From Gemmatimonadota bacterium (lineage in GTDB: Bacteria > JBHIER01 > G020348925), in the NCBI GenBank assembly GCA_020348925.1, contig CP070758.1:4897775-4961774 (forward strand): a stretch of 64,000 nucleotides of DNA. Reading direction: 5' to 3'. Position numbers and translations under genes: made by a program. Within the stretch, counting starts at the first letter, position 1. The number at the start of each line of letters is the position of its first letter. A model generated the notes under the pieces. The model saw only the letters and a program-made list of their open reading frames with translations, was not told the DNA's origin and did no database searches. Of the stretch, positions 28,804-40,320 are shown piece by piece.

Positions 28804-29025
28804 ATGCGTTTTAGCGATATTCCTGAGATTGCCAAGTTAAGTACGCCGGAAAAGATCCTATTGATTGAGGATCTATGGGATAGCATCGCTTTGGATGAAT
28901 CCAGTGTACCTGTGCCTGAGAGTCATAGGGATGAATTGGACAATAGATTAAAGAGCTATCAGGCGAATCCTGGAAATCTACTCTCTCTTGAAGAGCTTCA
29001 GGAAAGGATTGAGAGAAGGAAGTGA
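28804..29025 (+). CDS. Addiction-module antitoxin
   Basis: LS..EK..L.EDLWDSI...H..EL..RL. Confidence 0.85.
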   Translation: MRFSDIPEIAKLSTPEKILLIEDLWDSIALDESSVPVPESHRDELDNRLKSYQANPGNLLSLEELQERIERRK

Positions 29026-29345
29026 AATATACACTGTGTTTCCTTCCTGAAGTGGAAGAGGATGTTATTGCCGGATATGCATGGTACGAAGTGAAGGCGT
29101 CAGGGCTCGATGAGGATTTCCTTCGAATGTTTTATGCTTGTGTGGGGGAGATTTCAAGGAATCCATTGCTGTACCCAAAAGTCTATCGAGAATTCCGACG
29201 CTGTTTGCTTAGACGGTTTCCGTACGCTATTTACTTTAAGATTGAGGACAAGGAGATTATTATTTTTGGGCTCTTTCATTGCGCACGCGATCCCCGTATT
29301 ATTCGAGAAAAACTGCGCGGTCGCGATGGAAGCGAGAACCTCTAA
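29022..29345 (+). CDS. RelE/ParE-family toxin
   Basis: AWYE...GL..DF...I..NPLLYP...RRCLL.RFPY.IYF...HCAR.P. Confidence 0.85.
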   Translation: MKYTLCFLPEVEEDVIAGYAWYEVKASGLDEDFLRMFYACVGEISRNPLLYPKVYREFRRCLLRRFPYAIYFKIEDKEIIIFGLFHCARDPRIIREKLRGRDGSENL

Positions 29346-30193
29346 CAGACTTGATGAAAAGTAAATTTAACGCAACCCGAATTTTGGCATCAGAAACTTA
29401 GAATTCTTGGATAAATCAGAAGAAGAGGAACGAGTCGGTGTTATAGTATTTGTCTTTTCTCCCGTCCAAAACCATTTGGGAACGTANNNNNNNNNNNNNN
29501 NNNNNNNNNNNNNNNNNNNNNNNNNNNNNNNNNNNNNNNNNNNNNNNNNNNNNNNNNNNNNNNNNNNNNNNNNNNNNNNNNNNNNNGTCTCACGTACCGT
29601 AACAGTTACCAAGTGATAATGGTGTTTCCCAGCAGCGAGATACCGGTGGAAGACCAATGGCTTTCTTTGAAACGAATTTGCCGATCGAGATTCTTCGGTT
29701 TTCCTTTATGCTACCAGTTGAGCTTTGACTACCACACCGGCAAACAAAGTGCTCAACAGCGAACCTGAATTGTTCGTAAAGAATACGGAGTGTGTTCTTC
29801 CGGCAATCTGCGAGCTGTTGCCAGACAGCTTTTTCAACTCCTCTTCGTGCCGCTTTGAAAGACACTGTGTGCCATTTCGATTCCCGGAACAGGCTTCCGT
29901 GAGAAATCTGTTTGAAGCACCGCTTTCACAGTAGCGATGCTTTCTCAGAAGAGCGTTTCATGAATGAATCAGGCTGAGATTGAAATTCATGAAATAGTAC
30001 TGGCGTGGGCTCACGCGGGGATTGCGCAAGATTTTTCAAGGCCTCTACTTTTCACTCTTCCTACCGTCTGTGAGACTCAAAAAAACCGGAAAACCTGAAT
30101 CTTTCTCTGCTTCCGTTCAGTTTTCCCTTGAAGAAAAGTCGGAAAAACAATATATTGTCCTTCGGTGAAAGGAGTCGGATCTAAGGACAAAAC

Positions 30194-33025
30194 ATGAGTA
30201 AAAACACGATCTTCGTCAAAGGTGCTCGGGAGCATAATCTCAAGAATATAGACATCGAGATCCCGCGGGATAAGTTCGTCGTCATCACGGGGTTGTCCGG
30301 CTCAGGAAAATCATCCCTCGCTTTCGATACCATCTACGCCGAGGGGCAGCGCCGGTATGTGGAGTCGCTGTCCGCATATGCCCGGCAGTTTCTGGGGCTC
30401 ATGGAGAAACCGGATGTGGACTACATCTCAGGCCTCTCGCCAGCCATCTCCATCGAGCAGCGGACCGCCGGCAAGAATCCCCGTTCCACGGTGGGCACAG
30501 TAACGGAGATCTACGATTATCTTCGTCTTCTCTTCGCCCGTATCGGTATACCGCACTGCTACAAGTGTGGGTGCAGGATCTCGCAACAGTCCGTGGGTCA
30601 GATCGTCGATGCAGTCCTCGATCTTCCGAAGGAGACGCGGATCACGATCCTGGCGCCTGTTGTCCGTGGCCGCAAAGGTGAATATCGAGAAGTCTTCGAA
30701 CACATCATGAAGGACGGGTACGTCAGGGTTCGAGTCGATGGCGCCGTGCGCGATGTTGACGATCAGATTCGCTTGGCCAAGCACAAGAAGCACAATATCG
30801 AAGTGGTTGTCGACCGCCTTATAACCGGGCCGACGATCGCGAAACGGCTGGCCGATTCCCTTGAGACCGGCCTTCGCTTGGGTTCAGGGGTCATTATGGT
30901 TGATGTGGGCGGAAAGGAGGAGCTTCTTTTCAGCGAACACTTCGCCTGTCTCCGGTGCGGTATCTCCTACGAAGAGCTGACCCCGAGGATGTTCTCGTTC
31001 AATTCCCCCTACGGGGCGTGTCAAGCCTGCGGCGGGTTGGGGACGACCATCGAGATCGACCCGCAACTCGTCGTGCCCGACCCGTCTCTGACCCTGAACC
31101 AAGGTGCCCTTGCACCCTGGGGACCTCCCAAAAGATCCTGGATTGGGCACCAACTCAGGGGAGTGGCGAACCACTTCCGCTTCGATTTTGACACCCCTTT
31201 CCACAAGCTCAGTCAAAAGATTCAGCGCATTCTGCTGCACGGCTCCGGCAGCGAGGAGATGAAGTTCACCTACGTTCCACAGAACCGAAAGGGAAAATGG
31301 GAACATTTCGGGCGATTCGAGGGTCTGATCCCAAGTCTTGCCCGACGGTACCGCCAGACCTCTTCAAGTCACATCCGGGCGTATATCGAAGGATTCATGA
31401 GCGCCCACCCCTGCCCAGAGTGCCAGGGATCTCGTCTTCGCAAGGAAAGTTTGGCCGTTACAGTGGGCGAGAGAAATATCGGTGAGGTCACGGTCCTGAC
31501 GATTAAAAAAGCGATCGAATTTTTCGATCACCTGAAGCTCTCCGAGAAGGAAGAAAAAATTGCTCGTCAGGTTCTGAAGGAGATTCGAGAGCGGTTGGGT
31601 TTTTTGGTCAATGTCGGTCTGGACTATCTGACCCTCGACCGCCCGGCGGGCACCCTGGCCGGCGGTGAGGCACAGCGAATTCGACTGGCCACACAGATTG
31701 GATCGCAACTGGTCGGCGTGCTGTATATTCTGGACGAACCCAGTATCGGGCTCCATCAAAGGGACAACAAACGCCTCCTGGATACGCTGCTCAAGCTCCG
31801 TGACTTAGGAAATACCGTCCTTGTTGTGGAACATGATAAGGAGACCATTTTGACGTCGGACTACGTCATCGACCTGGGGCCGGGGGCCGGCATCCAGGGT
31901 GGTTATGTCGTCACCACAGGCACGCCGGAACGGATAGCCCAGGACAACGGTTCTCTCACCGGCCGATATCTCGGTGGTACGAACGCTATCCCTGTCCCAG
32001 CGGTACGGAGAGGAGGAAACGAGCGCGCCCTGATCATAGAAAAGGCTACAGGCCATAACCTCAAATCCATTACCGTGAATTTTCCCCTCGGGATTTTCAT
32101 CTGCATTACCGGAGTCTCCGGCTCGGGAAAATCCACCCTTATCAACGAGACCCTCTATCGGGCCCTGGCCAAGCATTTTTACAAATCAAAGGACGCTCCT
32201 CACCATTACGAGCGAATCAGGGGGATGGAGCTTATCGACAAGGTGATCAATATCGATCAATCTCCCATCGGCCGAACGCCCCGATCAAACCCGGCCACCT
32301 ATACGGGACTCTTCACATTCATCAGAGACCTGTACTCGCACATCCCCGAATCGAAGGTGCGCGGCTACAAACCCGGCCGGTTCAGCTTCAACGTCAAAGG
32401 GGGCAGGTGCGAAGCCTGCAAGGGTGACGGTATTATCAAGATCGAGATGCACTTTCTGCCCGACGTGTACGTTGCCTGTGAGGTGTGCAAGGGCAAACGG
32501 TACAATCGCGAGACCCTGGAGATCAAATATAAGGGCAAGTCCATCGCCGATGCTCTGGATATGACGGTGGATCAGGCCCTGGATTTCTTTGCCAACATTC
32601 CCTCGATTCGCCGCAAGCTGGAGACGCTCTCGGCCGTGGGCTTAGGGTACATTCACCTGGGCCAGCAGGCCACGACCCTGTCCGGGGGGGAGGCCCAACG
32701 GGTCAAGCTCTCGACAGAGCTCTCGAAGAAAAGTACCGGGCGGACGCTCTATATACTCGATGAACCGACCACCGGTCTCCATTTCGAAGACATCAAAATG
32801 CTTTTGAAGGTTCTCGATAGATTGGTCAATATGGGCAATACGGTCATCGTCATCGAGCACAACTTGGAGGTGATCAAGACGGCGGACTACATCATCGATC
32901 TCGGGCCTGAGGGTGGTGATGAGGGGGGGCATGTGGTGGCCCGGGGGACACCGGAGGAAGTGGCACGAGTACATTGCTCGTACACCGGGCAGTTTCTGCA
33001 GAGAGAATTACAATTGGCAGGGTGA
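30194..33025 (+). CDS. uvrA: Excinuclease ABC subunit A
   Basis: [23 protein letters not shown], two ABC cassettes, zinc fingers. Confidence 0.99.
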   Translation: MSKNTIFVKGAREHNLKNIDIEIPRDKFVVITGLSGSGKSSLAFDTIYAEGQRRYVESLSAYARQFLGLMEKPDVDYISGLSPAISIEQRTAGKNPRSTVGTVTEIYDYLRLLFARIGIPHCYKCGCRISQQSVGQIVDAVLDLPKETRITILAPVVRGRKGEYREVFEHIMKDGYVRVRVDGAVRDVDDQIRLAKHKKHNIEVVVDRLITGPTIAKRLADSLETGLRLGSGVIMVDVGGKEELLFSEHFACLRCGISYEELTPRMFSFNSPYGACQACGGLGTTIEIDPQLVVPDPSLTLNQGALAPWGPPKRSWIGHQLRGVANHFRFDFDTPFHKLSQKIQRILLHGSGSEEMKFTYVPQNRKGKWEHFGRFEGLIPSLARRYRQTSSSHIRAYIEGFMSAHPCPECQGSRLRKESLAVTVGERNIGEVTVLTIKKAIEFFDHLKLSEKEEKIARQVLKEIRERLGFLVNVGLDYLTLDRPAGTLAGGEAQRIRLATQIGSQLVGVLYILDEPSIGLHQRDNKRLLDTLLKLRDLGNTVLVVEHDKETILTSDYVIDLGPGAGIQGGYVVTTGTPERIAQDNGSLTGRYLGGTNAIPVPAVRRGGNERALIIEKATGHNLKSITVNFPLGIFICITGVSGSGKSTLINETLYRALAKHFYKSKDAPHHYERIRGMELIDKVINIDQSPIGRTPRSNPATYTGLFTFIRDLYSHIPESKVRGYKPGRFSFNVKGGRCEACKGDGIIKIEMHFLPDVYVACEVCKGKRYNRETLEIKYKGKSIADALDMTVDQALDFFANIPSIRRKLETLSAVGLGYIHLGQQATTLSGGEAQRVKLSTELSKKSTGRTLYILDEPTTGLHFEDIKMLLKVLDRLVNMGNTVIVIEHNLEVIKTADYIIDLGPEGGDEGGHVVARGTPEEVARVHCSYTGQFLQRELQLAG

Positions 33026-33026
33026 C

Positions 33027-33653
33027 ATGAATATCTTTTTCATCATCGTTGTCATAGTTGCTTGTTACTTGATCGGCTCAATTCCAACGGCCTATCTCGT
33101 TGTGAAGAAGTTCGCCCAGAAGGACATAACCCAATTGGGCTCCGGAAATATCGGTACCATGAATGTCCATCGAGCCACAGAGAGCAAGCCCCTTGCTCTT
33201 TTGGTCCTGCTGTCCGATATGGCCAAGGGGGCGATGGCCGTTGTCCTGGCGAAGACCGTTTTGAGCGCTGCGCCCATGGCCCCTGTGCTCACCACGGCGG
33301 CAGTCGTGTTGGGCCACAACTATTCCATCTATATGCGATTTCGAGGCGGTCGAGGACTGGCTACGGCTGCAGGGGCTCTCATTGTCTACAGTCCACTCCT
33401 TCTCCTGACATGGCTGGTGATATGGATTGTTCCTTATCTTCTCTCCAAGATACTTGTTGTTGGCACCCTTACTGCCACGGTCTTGAATCCAGTGGCTGCG
33501 TATGTCTTGAATCGTCCGCCCTCTGAGGTCATCTTCGCCGCGGTGATTTCGGTGATCGTTCTTCTGAGGCATATATCCAAGGTGAAGATGCTCATCCGGG
33601 GTACTGAGCCGAAAAAATACTGGAAGATTCGCAATGAGAAGCATACATCTTAA
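33027..33653 (+). CDS. plsY: Glycerol-3-phosphate acyltransferase
   Basis: YLIGSIP, GSGNIGTMN..R, DMAKG, GHNYS..F.GGRG.AT. Confidence 0.9.
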   Translation: MNIFFIIVVIVACYLIGSIPTAYLVVKKFAQKDITQLGSGNIGTMNVHRATESKPLALLVLLSDMAKGAMAVVLAKTVLSAAPMAPVLTTAAVVLGHNYSIYMRFRGGRGLATAAGALIVYSPLLLLTWLVIWIVPYLLSKILVVGTLTATVLNPVAAYVLNRPPSEVIFAAVISVIVLLRHISKVKMLIRGTEPKKYWKIRNEKHTS

Positions 33654-33675
33654 AACAGTGTGATTGGAAGAGGTC

Positions 33676-34464
33676 ATGGAGTTTTTCAAAATCGGTTTTC
33701 TCTCTTTTGGCATCGTTGATCTCATCGACATCGCAGTGGTCGCCTTCGTCTTTTACAAATTACTGATGATGTTACGGGGGACGCGAGGGGCTCCCATGTT
33801 GATGGGTCTCGGCATCATTTTAATGGCCTCAATCGTAGCCCAATTATTTCAGGTGAAAGCCCTCAACTGGATCATCTCCAGCATTGGCCGGCCCGTATGG
33901 CTGATCGCTTTGGTCATTCTCTTTCAACCTGAATTGCGCAGGATGCTGACCCGACTGGGGCAAAGCCGGTTCGGTAAGATCTTCGTCAAAGAGAAAAGCT
34001 TCAAAGAACTGGAGGAGGTCATCAAGGCCGCTTTTGACCTTTCAAAACGAGGGTACGGCGCTCTCATCGTGCTGGCTCGGGAGACCGGGTTACAGGGTAT
34101 CCTTGAGACGGGTACCAAGGTGCACACTGAAGTCTCAGTGCCTTTGCTGGTGACACTTTTCACCCCACCTTCACCGACGCATGATGGTGCTGTCGTCATC
34201 CAGGACGGAATGATCGAGGCCGCCGGTTGTGTATTACCTCTCAGTCAGGCTCCCAAATTGGATGCTTCGGTCGGTATGCGTCATCGGGCGGCCTTGGGCC
34301 TGTCCGAGGAATCGGATGCCGTCGTAGTCGTCGTCTCAGAGGAGACCGGTGCCGTCTCGACGGCCATGGAGGGGCGTATTGCGACACATCTCGATACCAG
34401 CTCCCTGCGAGACGAGCTGTCGAAACGGTTCACCACTCCACCTCAACAAGAAGCGGAAACATAA
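33676..34464 (+). CDS. cdaA: Diadenylate cyclase
   Basis: Three TM helices, FQPELR, HDGA, G.RHRAA.G.SE.SDA, VSEETG. Confidence 0.93.
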   Translation: MEFFKIGFLSFGIVDLIDIAVVAFVFYKLLMMLRGTRGAPMLMGLGIILMASIVAQLFQVKALNWIISSIGRPVWLIALVILFQPELRRMLTRLGQSRFGKIFVKEKSFKELEEVIKAAFDLSKRGYGALIVLARETGLQGILETGTKVHTEVSVPLLVTLFTPPSPTHDGAVVIQDGMIEAAGCVLPLSQAPKLDASVGMRHRAALGLSEESDAVVVVVSEETGAVSTAMEGRIATHLDTSSLRDELSKRFTTPPQQEAET

Positions 34465-34739
34465 ATCCATGCCGTCTGCAAGCGACCCTAAAACATCCGA
34501 GAGTACGTCAAACGGTTAGGGTTACGAAGTCCGTATCGTCTGACGGTTACGGAATTGTGTAGGCCCTTGCATTTGCAGGGACAGGTTTCGCGGCTACAGA
34601 ACCAGACTCAAACACTCGCAAGAAAATCTTCTCCGAAAGGGCAGGATTTTTCTTCCTTTTCAGGACAAGTATAGGTCCATAAAAACCTCGGTTCTGAGCG
34701 AAGGTATCCCCCGAAAAGGTTACGGTGTTGAATATGAGG

Positions 34740-34768
34740 TTGACAAAAGTATGAATAGATTTTATATT
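34740..34768 (+). promoter_or_regulatory. sigma70 promoter
   Basis: TTGACA-17-TATATT. Confidence 0.6.
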
Positions 34769-34875
34769 CGCTCTAAATTACAATACGTTAGATGGGAACT
34801 TCTGTAAGGCCTTCGGTGTTTAAAGTCTGTATTCTTAAAATGCCCTCAAGATTTCGGTTCACGGTGAAGGAGTGA

Positions 34876-37800
34876 ATGGTGAAACGTATGAAAGAAGAGA
34901 ATGCCCACAAGTCTTACACAGGCATCGTTTCCAGGATGCAGGTATTGCGATCCCATTACAGGGGGGTCAACGCGGCCTTTGGACTCGGGTTTTTGATTGC
35001 AACCGGGCTGGGATGGTTTCTCGTAACTCTTATCGTTGAAGCTCTCTTTCGGTTACCGAGCCCCGGTCGCCTCATACTTTTTTTCATGGGAATTATTCTC
35101 CTGGGAGCGGTCTTTCTTGGAACGCTCGTTCGGCCTCTTGTGAGAATCCCATCCCTGCAAAACCTCGCCCTGCGTGTCGAGAAACGGTTTCCCAAATTTC
35201 GCGAGAGACTCATCGGAACGCTTCAGTTGTGGGAAAAACATACATCCAATCCTGAGGGCTACTCGCTGGAAATGATTGAAGCTGTGGCTCTTGAGTCGGA
35301 ACAGCTGGCAAAAAACGTGGATTTTAAAAAGATCGTGGATACAAAAAAATGCTGGAAGGTGGCCCAGTCCATCCTGGGTCTGCTCATAATCACCCTGTTC
35401 ATCTTGGTCCTCTTTCCCAACACCTTTTACTCCTCGCTGAACAGGGTTGCTCATCCCCAGCGACACTTTCCGAAACCGCTGAAGACATACATCACCGTAT
35501 CGCCAGGCGATACGGAAACCGTCTCCCAGGAGGATGTAAAAATATCTGTTCGCGTCTCGGGGGAAGTTCCCCAAGAGGTGCTTCTCCATACGGTCGAAGT
35601 GGGTCATGAGAACTGGAAAACGTACCCCTGTGAGAAAGAGTCGGATGGGACCTATGCCTATGTCCTCGAAAGTGTCAGACGCTCCGCACACTATTCGGTC
35701 GAAGCAGGCGATGCGAAGAGCCCGGTACACACAATAACCGTTATCGACAGGCCCATGGTGAGACGACTCAAGCTGCGGTATACGTACCCCCCCTATACAC
35801 GCTTGGGTGCCAGGGATGAGGAGGATAATATCGGCGATATCAGAGCCATCGTGGGAACTTCGGTCCATCTTGAAATCCTGGCGAATAAAACCCTCGACTC
35901 TGCTCGGGTCGTCATGAGTGATGGAGGTGTCATCGACGCAGAGGTCAGGGGCAAAGCAGGGTCCGCCGATTTTGTCGTCCGCCGGGATGGAAAATATCAC
36001 CTGGAACTGACGGACAGGTCCGGTTTGAAAAACAAGGATCCCATCGAATATCGCATCACCGCGCATTCCGACGAATATCCGCTCGTACGTATTATCAGGC
36101 CTGGAAGGGACACCGAGCTGACTGAGGATATGCTGGTCCCTCTGGCCATCGATGCCACCGATGATTTCGGCTTTTCCCGTTTGAAATTGGTCTATCACGT
36201 CGGTGAGGAGGGAACGCCTGAGGAACGCACCGTACCGCTGCCGAAAGGTCTCGGGACCGAAATGACCGTGGAGTATGCTTGGGATCTCGCCAACTTGGAT
36301 CTCCTGCCCGAGGATGTGGTCTTCTATCATGCCGAAGTCTATGACAACGATGTCGTCTCCGGTCCCAAAGGGTCGAAGAGTCGTGTTTTTATGGTTCGGT
36401 TTCCGTCCATCTATGAAATTTACGCTGATGTGGAGCAGAGCCAGGAAGAACAGATGGTGGATCTCAAGGAGATGCTGCGAGAGAGCCGGGATCTGAAGGA
36501 GAAGCTGGACCAGGTGGTGCGGGAGCTGCAGCGAGAGACCGAGCTCGATTGGGAGAAACAGAAGGAGACGGAGGGGGCTCTCCAGAAACAGCGGGATATG
36601 GTGGAGGATCTGAAAAAGCTCTCGCAGGAAATGGATGAGACCATTGAAAAGTTGGAGCGGAACGATCTGGTCACACCGGAGACCCTGGAGAAACTGGAGG
36701 AAATCCAGAACCTCATGGAAGACATCGCCACTCCTGAGCTGATGGCCGCTCTGGAAAAACTTCAACAGGCCATGCAGCAGATCGATCGGCGCCAATTGCA
36801 GCAGGCCATGAAGGATTTCTCCTTCAGCCAGGAGGATTTTCAAAGGCGCTTGGAGCAAACCCTTGAATTGCTCAAGCGCATCCAGATGGAACAGAAGATG
36901 GATGCCCTGGTGAAAAAGATGGATGAACTTCTTGAAAGACAGGAGAGTATCAATCAGAGTACGGATCAGGCCGATGAGTCGCAGGAGATGAGCGATCTGG
37001 CCGCACAAGAGGAACGAATGAAGCGAGATCTGGATCGACTCAAGGAAGAGCTGAAGGAGCTCACCGAAGAGATGGAGGAGATGCCCCTCATGCCCTCGGA
37101 TATGCTCGACTCCCTTGCACAGGCCATGGACGAAAGCCAACTTTCCGAGATGATGTCCCAAGTGAGTCAGATGCTCTCTCAGAACCAGAAGATGCAGGCA
37201 CAGGAAACACAGAGCAAGATTTCCAACTCACTGAGCCGTATGAGCCAAGGGCTCAAGATGGCTCAGGCCATGATGATGCAGAATATGTTCCAGGAGGTGC
37301 TGGAGGCAATGCGAAAAGCCACCCACCAGCTCCTCGAACTCTCCCAGCAGCAGGAGAACCTTTCCTCTCAAACAGAACAGATGGGGAGAAACAGTCCCCA
37401 ATGCGATATGATGGCGGAGAAGCAGCTGGATACGTTTAATAATGCCGTCAAGGTGGCGAACGCCCTCTTCGAAGCGGCTAAAAAGAGCTTTTTCATAACC
37501 CCGGATGTTTCAAAGTCCATGGGAAAAGCCATGGCCAACATGGAGGAAGCGATTGGTCGTCTGGAGGGCAGAAACATGAGTTCGGCAGCGAAGGGCCAAC
37601 GTGAAGCCATGAGTAATCTCAACGAAACAGTGATGCAAATGCGCTCGGCCATGGAGAGCATGTGTTCCTCCGGGCAATGCTCCGGCAGTATGCAACAGTT
37701 TCTGCAGCGACTCGAGCAAATGGCACAACAGCAGATGGGGCTGAATCAACAAACAATGGGTTTTGAACAGATGACACAGTGGTCTCTCGAGCAGAGGGCG

Positions 37801-38247
37801 GCGTTGCAACGATTGGCTGCGGAGCAGGAGATGTTGCGCAAAAACCTGGAAGAATTACAACGGGAGATGGGGAACCGGCCGGAAATTCTGGGACGGTTCG
37901 ACGAGGTCATCGAGGATATGAAAAAGGTCTCGGAAGATATGGGTGGGGAGCATGTGAATCAGGAGACCATAGCGCGCCAGAACAGGATCCTGTCGCGGCT
38001 TCTGGACTATCAGCGATCCATGCGCCAGCGGGATTACACCCGGCGCCGCAGGGCGAAACCCGGCAAAGAGTACCTTCGAACCGGCACCCTCTCTCTGCCC
38101 GAAGATTTGGGTGAGCAACATGACCAGCTGCGACAAGATCTCTTGAAGGCCTTACAAGAGGATTATCCCAAGGAATATAAGGAACTCATCCGGGCCTATT
38201 TTGAGGCTCTGTCAAAAGAACGGGAAACCTCGGAATCGAAATTGTAA
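34876..38247 (+). CDS. DUF4175-like membrane-anchored coiled-coil protein
   Basis: N-terminal TM helices, Ig-like region with DDFG and DND.VSGPK, Gln/Met-rich coiled coil, YP.EY.ELI..YF end. Confidence 0.78.
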   Translation: MVKRMKEENAHKSYTGIVSRMQVLRSHYRGVNAAFGLGFLIATGLGWFLVTLIVEALFRLPSPGRLILFFMGIILLGAVFLGTLVRPLVRIPSLQNLALRVEKRFPKFRERLIGTLQLWEKHTSNPEGYSLEMIEAVALESEQLAKNVDFKKIVDTKKCWKVAQSILGLLIITLFILVLFPNTFYSSLNRVAHPQRHFPKPLKTYITVSPGDTETVSQEDVKISVRVSGEVPQEVLLHTVEVGHENWKTYPCEKESDGTYAYVLESVRRSAHYSVEAGDAKSPVHTITVIDRPMVRRLKLRYTYPPYTRLGARDEEDNIGDIRAIVGTSVHLEILANKTLDSARVVMSDGGVIDAEVRGKAGSADFVVRRDGKYHLELTDRSGLKNKDPIEYRITAHSDEYPLVRIIRPGRDTELTEDMLVPLAIDATDDFGFSRLKLVYHVGEEGTPEERTVPLPKGLGTEMTVEYAWDLANLDLLPEDVVFYHAEVYDNDVVSGPKGSKSRVFMVRFPSIYEIYADVEQSQEEQMVDLKEMLRESRDLKEKLDQVVRELQRETELDWEKQKETEGALQKQRDMVEDLKKLSQEMDETIEKLERNDLVTPETLEKLEEIQNLMEDIATPELMAALEKLQQAMQQIDRRQLQQAMKDFSFSQEDFQRRLEQTLELLKRIQMEQKMDALVKKMDELLERQESINQSTDQADESQEMSDLAAQEERMKRDLDRLKEELKELTEEMEEMPLMPSDMLDSLAQAMDESQLSEMMSQVSQMLSQNQKMQAQETQSKISNSLSRMSQGLKMAQAMMMQNMFQEVLEAMRKATHQLLELSQQQENLSSQTEQMGRNSPQCDMMAEKQLDTFNNAVKVANALFEAAKKSFFITPDVSKSMGKAMANMEEAIGRLEGRNMSSAAKGQREAMSNLNETVMQMRSAMESMCSSGQCSGSMQQFLQRLEQMAQQQMGLNQQTMGFEQMTQWSLEQRAALQRLAAEQEMLRKNLEELQREMGNRPEILGRFDEVIEDMKKVSEDMGGEHVNQETIARQNRILSRLLDYQRSMRQRDYTRRRRAKPGKEYLRTGTLSLPEDLGEQHDQLRQDLLKALQEDYPKEYKELIRAYFEALSKERETSESKL

Positions 38248-38312
38248 TTTTTTCCACCCTCTTCCTGAAGGATTCGGCTTCCACTCACAAGGGACACGCT
38301 TCACCAATAGAA

Positions 38313-38439
38313 ATGAGAGCGTTCAATTTAATACATATATCCGCTTTCCTGGCACTTTTCATGTGGGTGTCTCCTGTCTCAACCCAGGGGATACCCCAAG
38401 GGAAGGATGAGGTGCAGAGCAAGCTCGATCGTGCCAGAC
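38313..38439 (+). CDS. Secreted protein, 5' fragment (cut by gap)
   Basis: MRAFNLIHISAFLALFMWVSPVSTQ signal-like start. Confidence 0.45.
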
Positions 38440-38539
38440 NNNNNNNNNNNNNNNNNNNNNNNNNNNNNNNNNNNNNNNNNNNNNNNNNNNNNNNNNNNNN
38501 NNNNNNNNNNNNNNNNNNNNNNNNNNNNNNNNNNNNNNN

Positions 38540-38620
38540 GGGCGTAGGTGGATAGAAGAACGCAAAATAAGCGATGACAAGAACTGCGATGACTATGCCA
38601 CCAGCTAAAATTTTCTTCAT
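38540..38620 (-). CDS. Membrane or exported protein, 5' fragment (cut by gap)
   Basis: MKKILAGGIVIAVLVIAYFAFFYPP. Confidence 0.5.
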
Positions 38621-38833
38621 CAAACCACCGCGCTTTTCCATTGCTTTACCCTCCCTTCAAAGGTTTCAAACTTCCGACTACCAACCACCAACCATACAGC
38701 TAACGGATCAGACGAACCATACTCACCTCCTTTTTTCATTGTCCAAATCTTTCAAGATCGTAAACTCATTCCGTTGTCTTATCAAAGTACAAATCAAACT
38801 CGAAATAGTTGGTCTTTTTTTATACTTTTCCAA

Positions 38834-39634
38834 TCATCCGGTATCCCGCCTGACAATAATAGGGCGGTCATACAAAATGCCACCGTCTGCCGTGATCTTG
38901 AAATATAAAGTCGTAGAATTTTGGACCGTGTTGTTTAAAATAATCTGATAGGTGTTGTCACCGGTGTGTGCAACTTCCACGAGATTCTGGCCCATATGAA
39001 CGGTGCCCTTCCCTCCGCTGGCCTGAGCATAGCCATAAACACTGAGGTCATTTTCATCAAAGGCAAAGGCCAGATTTATCTCTTTCTGCGTTTCAACCTT
39101 CACCTCTATGAAGACAATGGCTTCGGAATACGCCACCTCAACAGATCCTCTGACATGTTCGGTGTCAATAGGAAAACGATCTCCCGGTTTCAACGTTCCC
39201 GCCAACTCTTTGAGCGTCATCGTTCCGTACAGTTTCGAAACATCAAAGGAATCTCCTTTCTGCTCCACGCCGGTGAACAGGAGGTACACCAGAAGACCAA
39301 AAATCAAACCGCAGGAAAAGACGTAGGCATACTTAAGAGCACTTTTCATCTGGAAGCGCTCGAAAAGTGACGGGAGAAAGGTTTTTCTTTGTTGGGTGTA
39401 AAGTTTTTTCGGTAAAATCTCTTTCATGATATTCTTTTTCAGATTGGAAGACGGCTCGATCTCCTCGACTGCGCTCAACACAGTGGACATCGCGAAAAGC
39501 TCATCAAAGTACTGACGCGCTTCCGGATTCTTCGAGAGATGCTTCTTGAGGTCCGAGCTCTCCTGGCTGGAGTTGGCTCCATCAATCTCCTGGTTCATTA
39601 AACCGACATACTTTTTATCCAGCATTTTCGACAT
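38834..39634 (-). CDS. Putative membrane anti-sigma factor
   Basis: Overlaps the ECF sigma gene; IDG....E...L..HL N-terminus, single TM helix. Confidence 0.75.
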   Translation of the reverse strand: MSKMLDKKYVGLMNQEIDGANSSQESSDLKKHLSKNPEARQYFDELFAMSTVLSAVEEIEPSSNLKKNIMKEILPKKLYTQQRKTFLPSLFERFQMKSALKYAYVFSCGLIFGLLVYLLFTGVEQKGDSFDVSKLYGTMTLKELAGTLKPGDRFPIDTEHVRGSVEVAYSEAIVFIEVKVETQKEINLAFAFDENDLSVYGYAQASGGKGTVHMGQNLVEVAHTGDNTYQIILNNTVQNSTTLYFKITADGGILYDRPIIVRRDTG

Positions 39635-40166
39635 AACCTCTTTTGCTCAAAATGTCCTTGAGGAGTTGCCTCGCTGTGAACAGTCTTGATTTTACAGTTT
39701 TTTCCGGAACGTCGAGTACATCACTCATCTCTTTGTACGAAAAATCCTGAAAGTGCTTCATAACGATCAAAACTCGATAATCAGGTTTCAAATCCATCAA
39801 AGCATTTTGAAGATCTTGGTGTAATTCAATCAAACTTTGATCCTTCTTTAGCGTCGCTCCTTTAACGAGGATATCCGAGTCGTACCTCGTGAACCGTTTT
39901 CTCTGATTGATAAAATTCAGAGACTCATTTACGAGTATACGATATAGCCAACTGAAAAACTTGTACTTAGGATCGAAGTATCGTAAATTCTCGAACGCCT
40001 TGATAAATACCGATTGCGTAACATCTTCTGCATCCTCGTATTGGTGTATCATCCGGTAAGCCCCGTTGAAAATGGGCTTCTGGTACTTATCGACTATATG
40101 CTCAAAAGCGTTCGTGTTGCCCTCGATACACTTTTGAACAATCTTCACATCATCCTGACCAGACAT
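39615..40166 (-). CDS. ECF RNA polymerase sigma factor
   Basis: DAEDVTQ.VF, FSWLYRI..N, SYKE....L.VP..TVKSRL..AR. Confidence 0.93.
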   Translation of the reverse strand: MSGQDDVKIVQKCIEGNTNAFEHIVDKYQKPIFNGAYRMIHQYEDAEDVTQSVFIKAFENLRYFDPKYKFFSWLYRILVNESLNFINQRKRFTRYDSDILVKGATLKKDQSLIELHQDLQNALMDLKPDYRVLIVMKHFQDFSYKEMSDVLDVPEKTVKSRLFTARQLLKDILSKRGYVENAG

Positions 40167-40320
40167 AATTACAAACGAGCGGCTGAAAAAGTTGGTTATG
40201 AATGAGAATTTTTTTCGTCACCCCTGTTTCAGAGCGCGCGGTTGCACTTTAAAGTGCTCTAAGAATTGTTCGCATATTTTGTGGTGCGTACAGGAACATA
40301 TCACATCCACGAAGTACGAA

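Noticed and set aside
29587-29960. Possible gene upstream of uvrA
   Set aside because: No frame gives a convincing protein; left unannotated.
35053-37161. 702-aa antisense ORF
   Set aside because: Shadow of the Gln/Glu/Met-rich DUF4175-like gene; no recognisable motifs.
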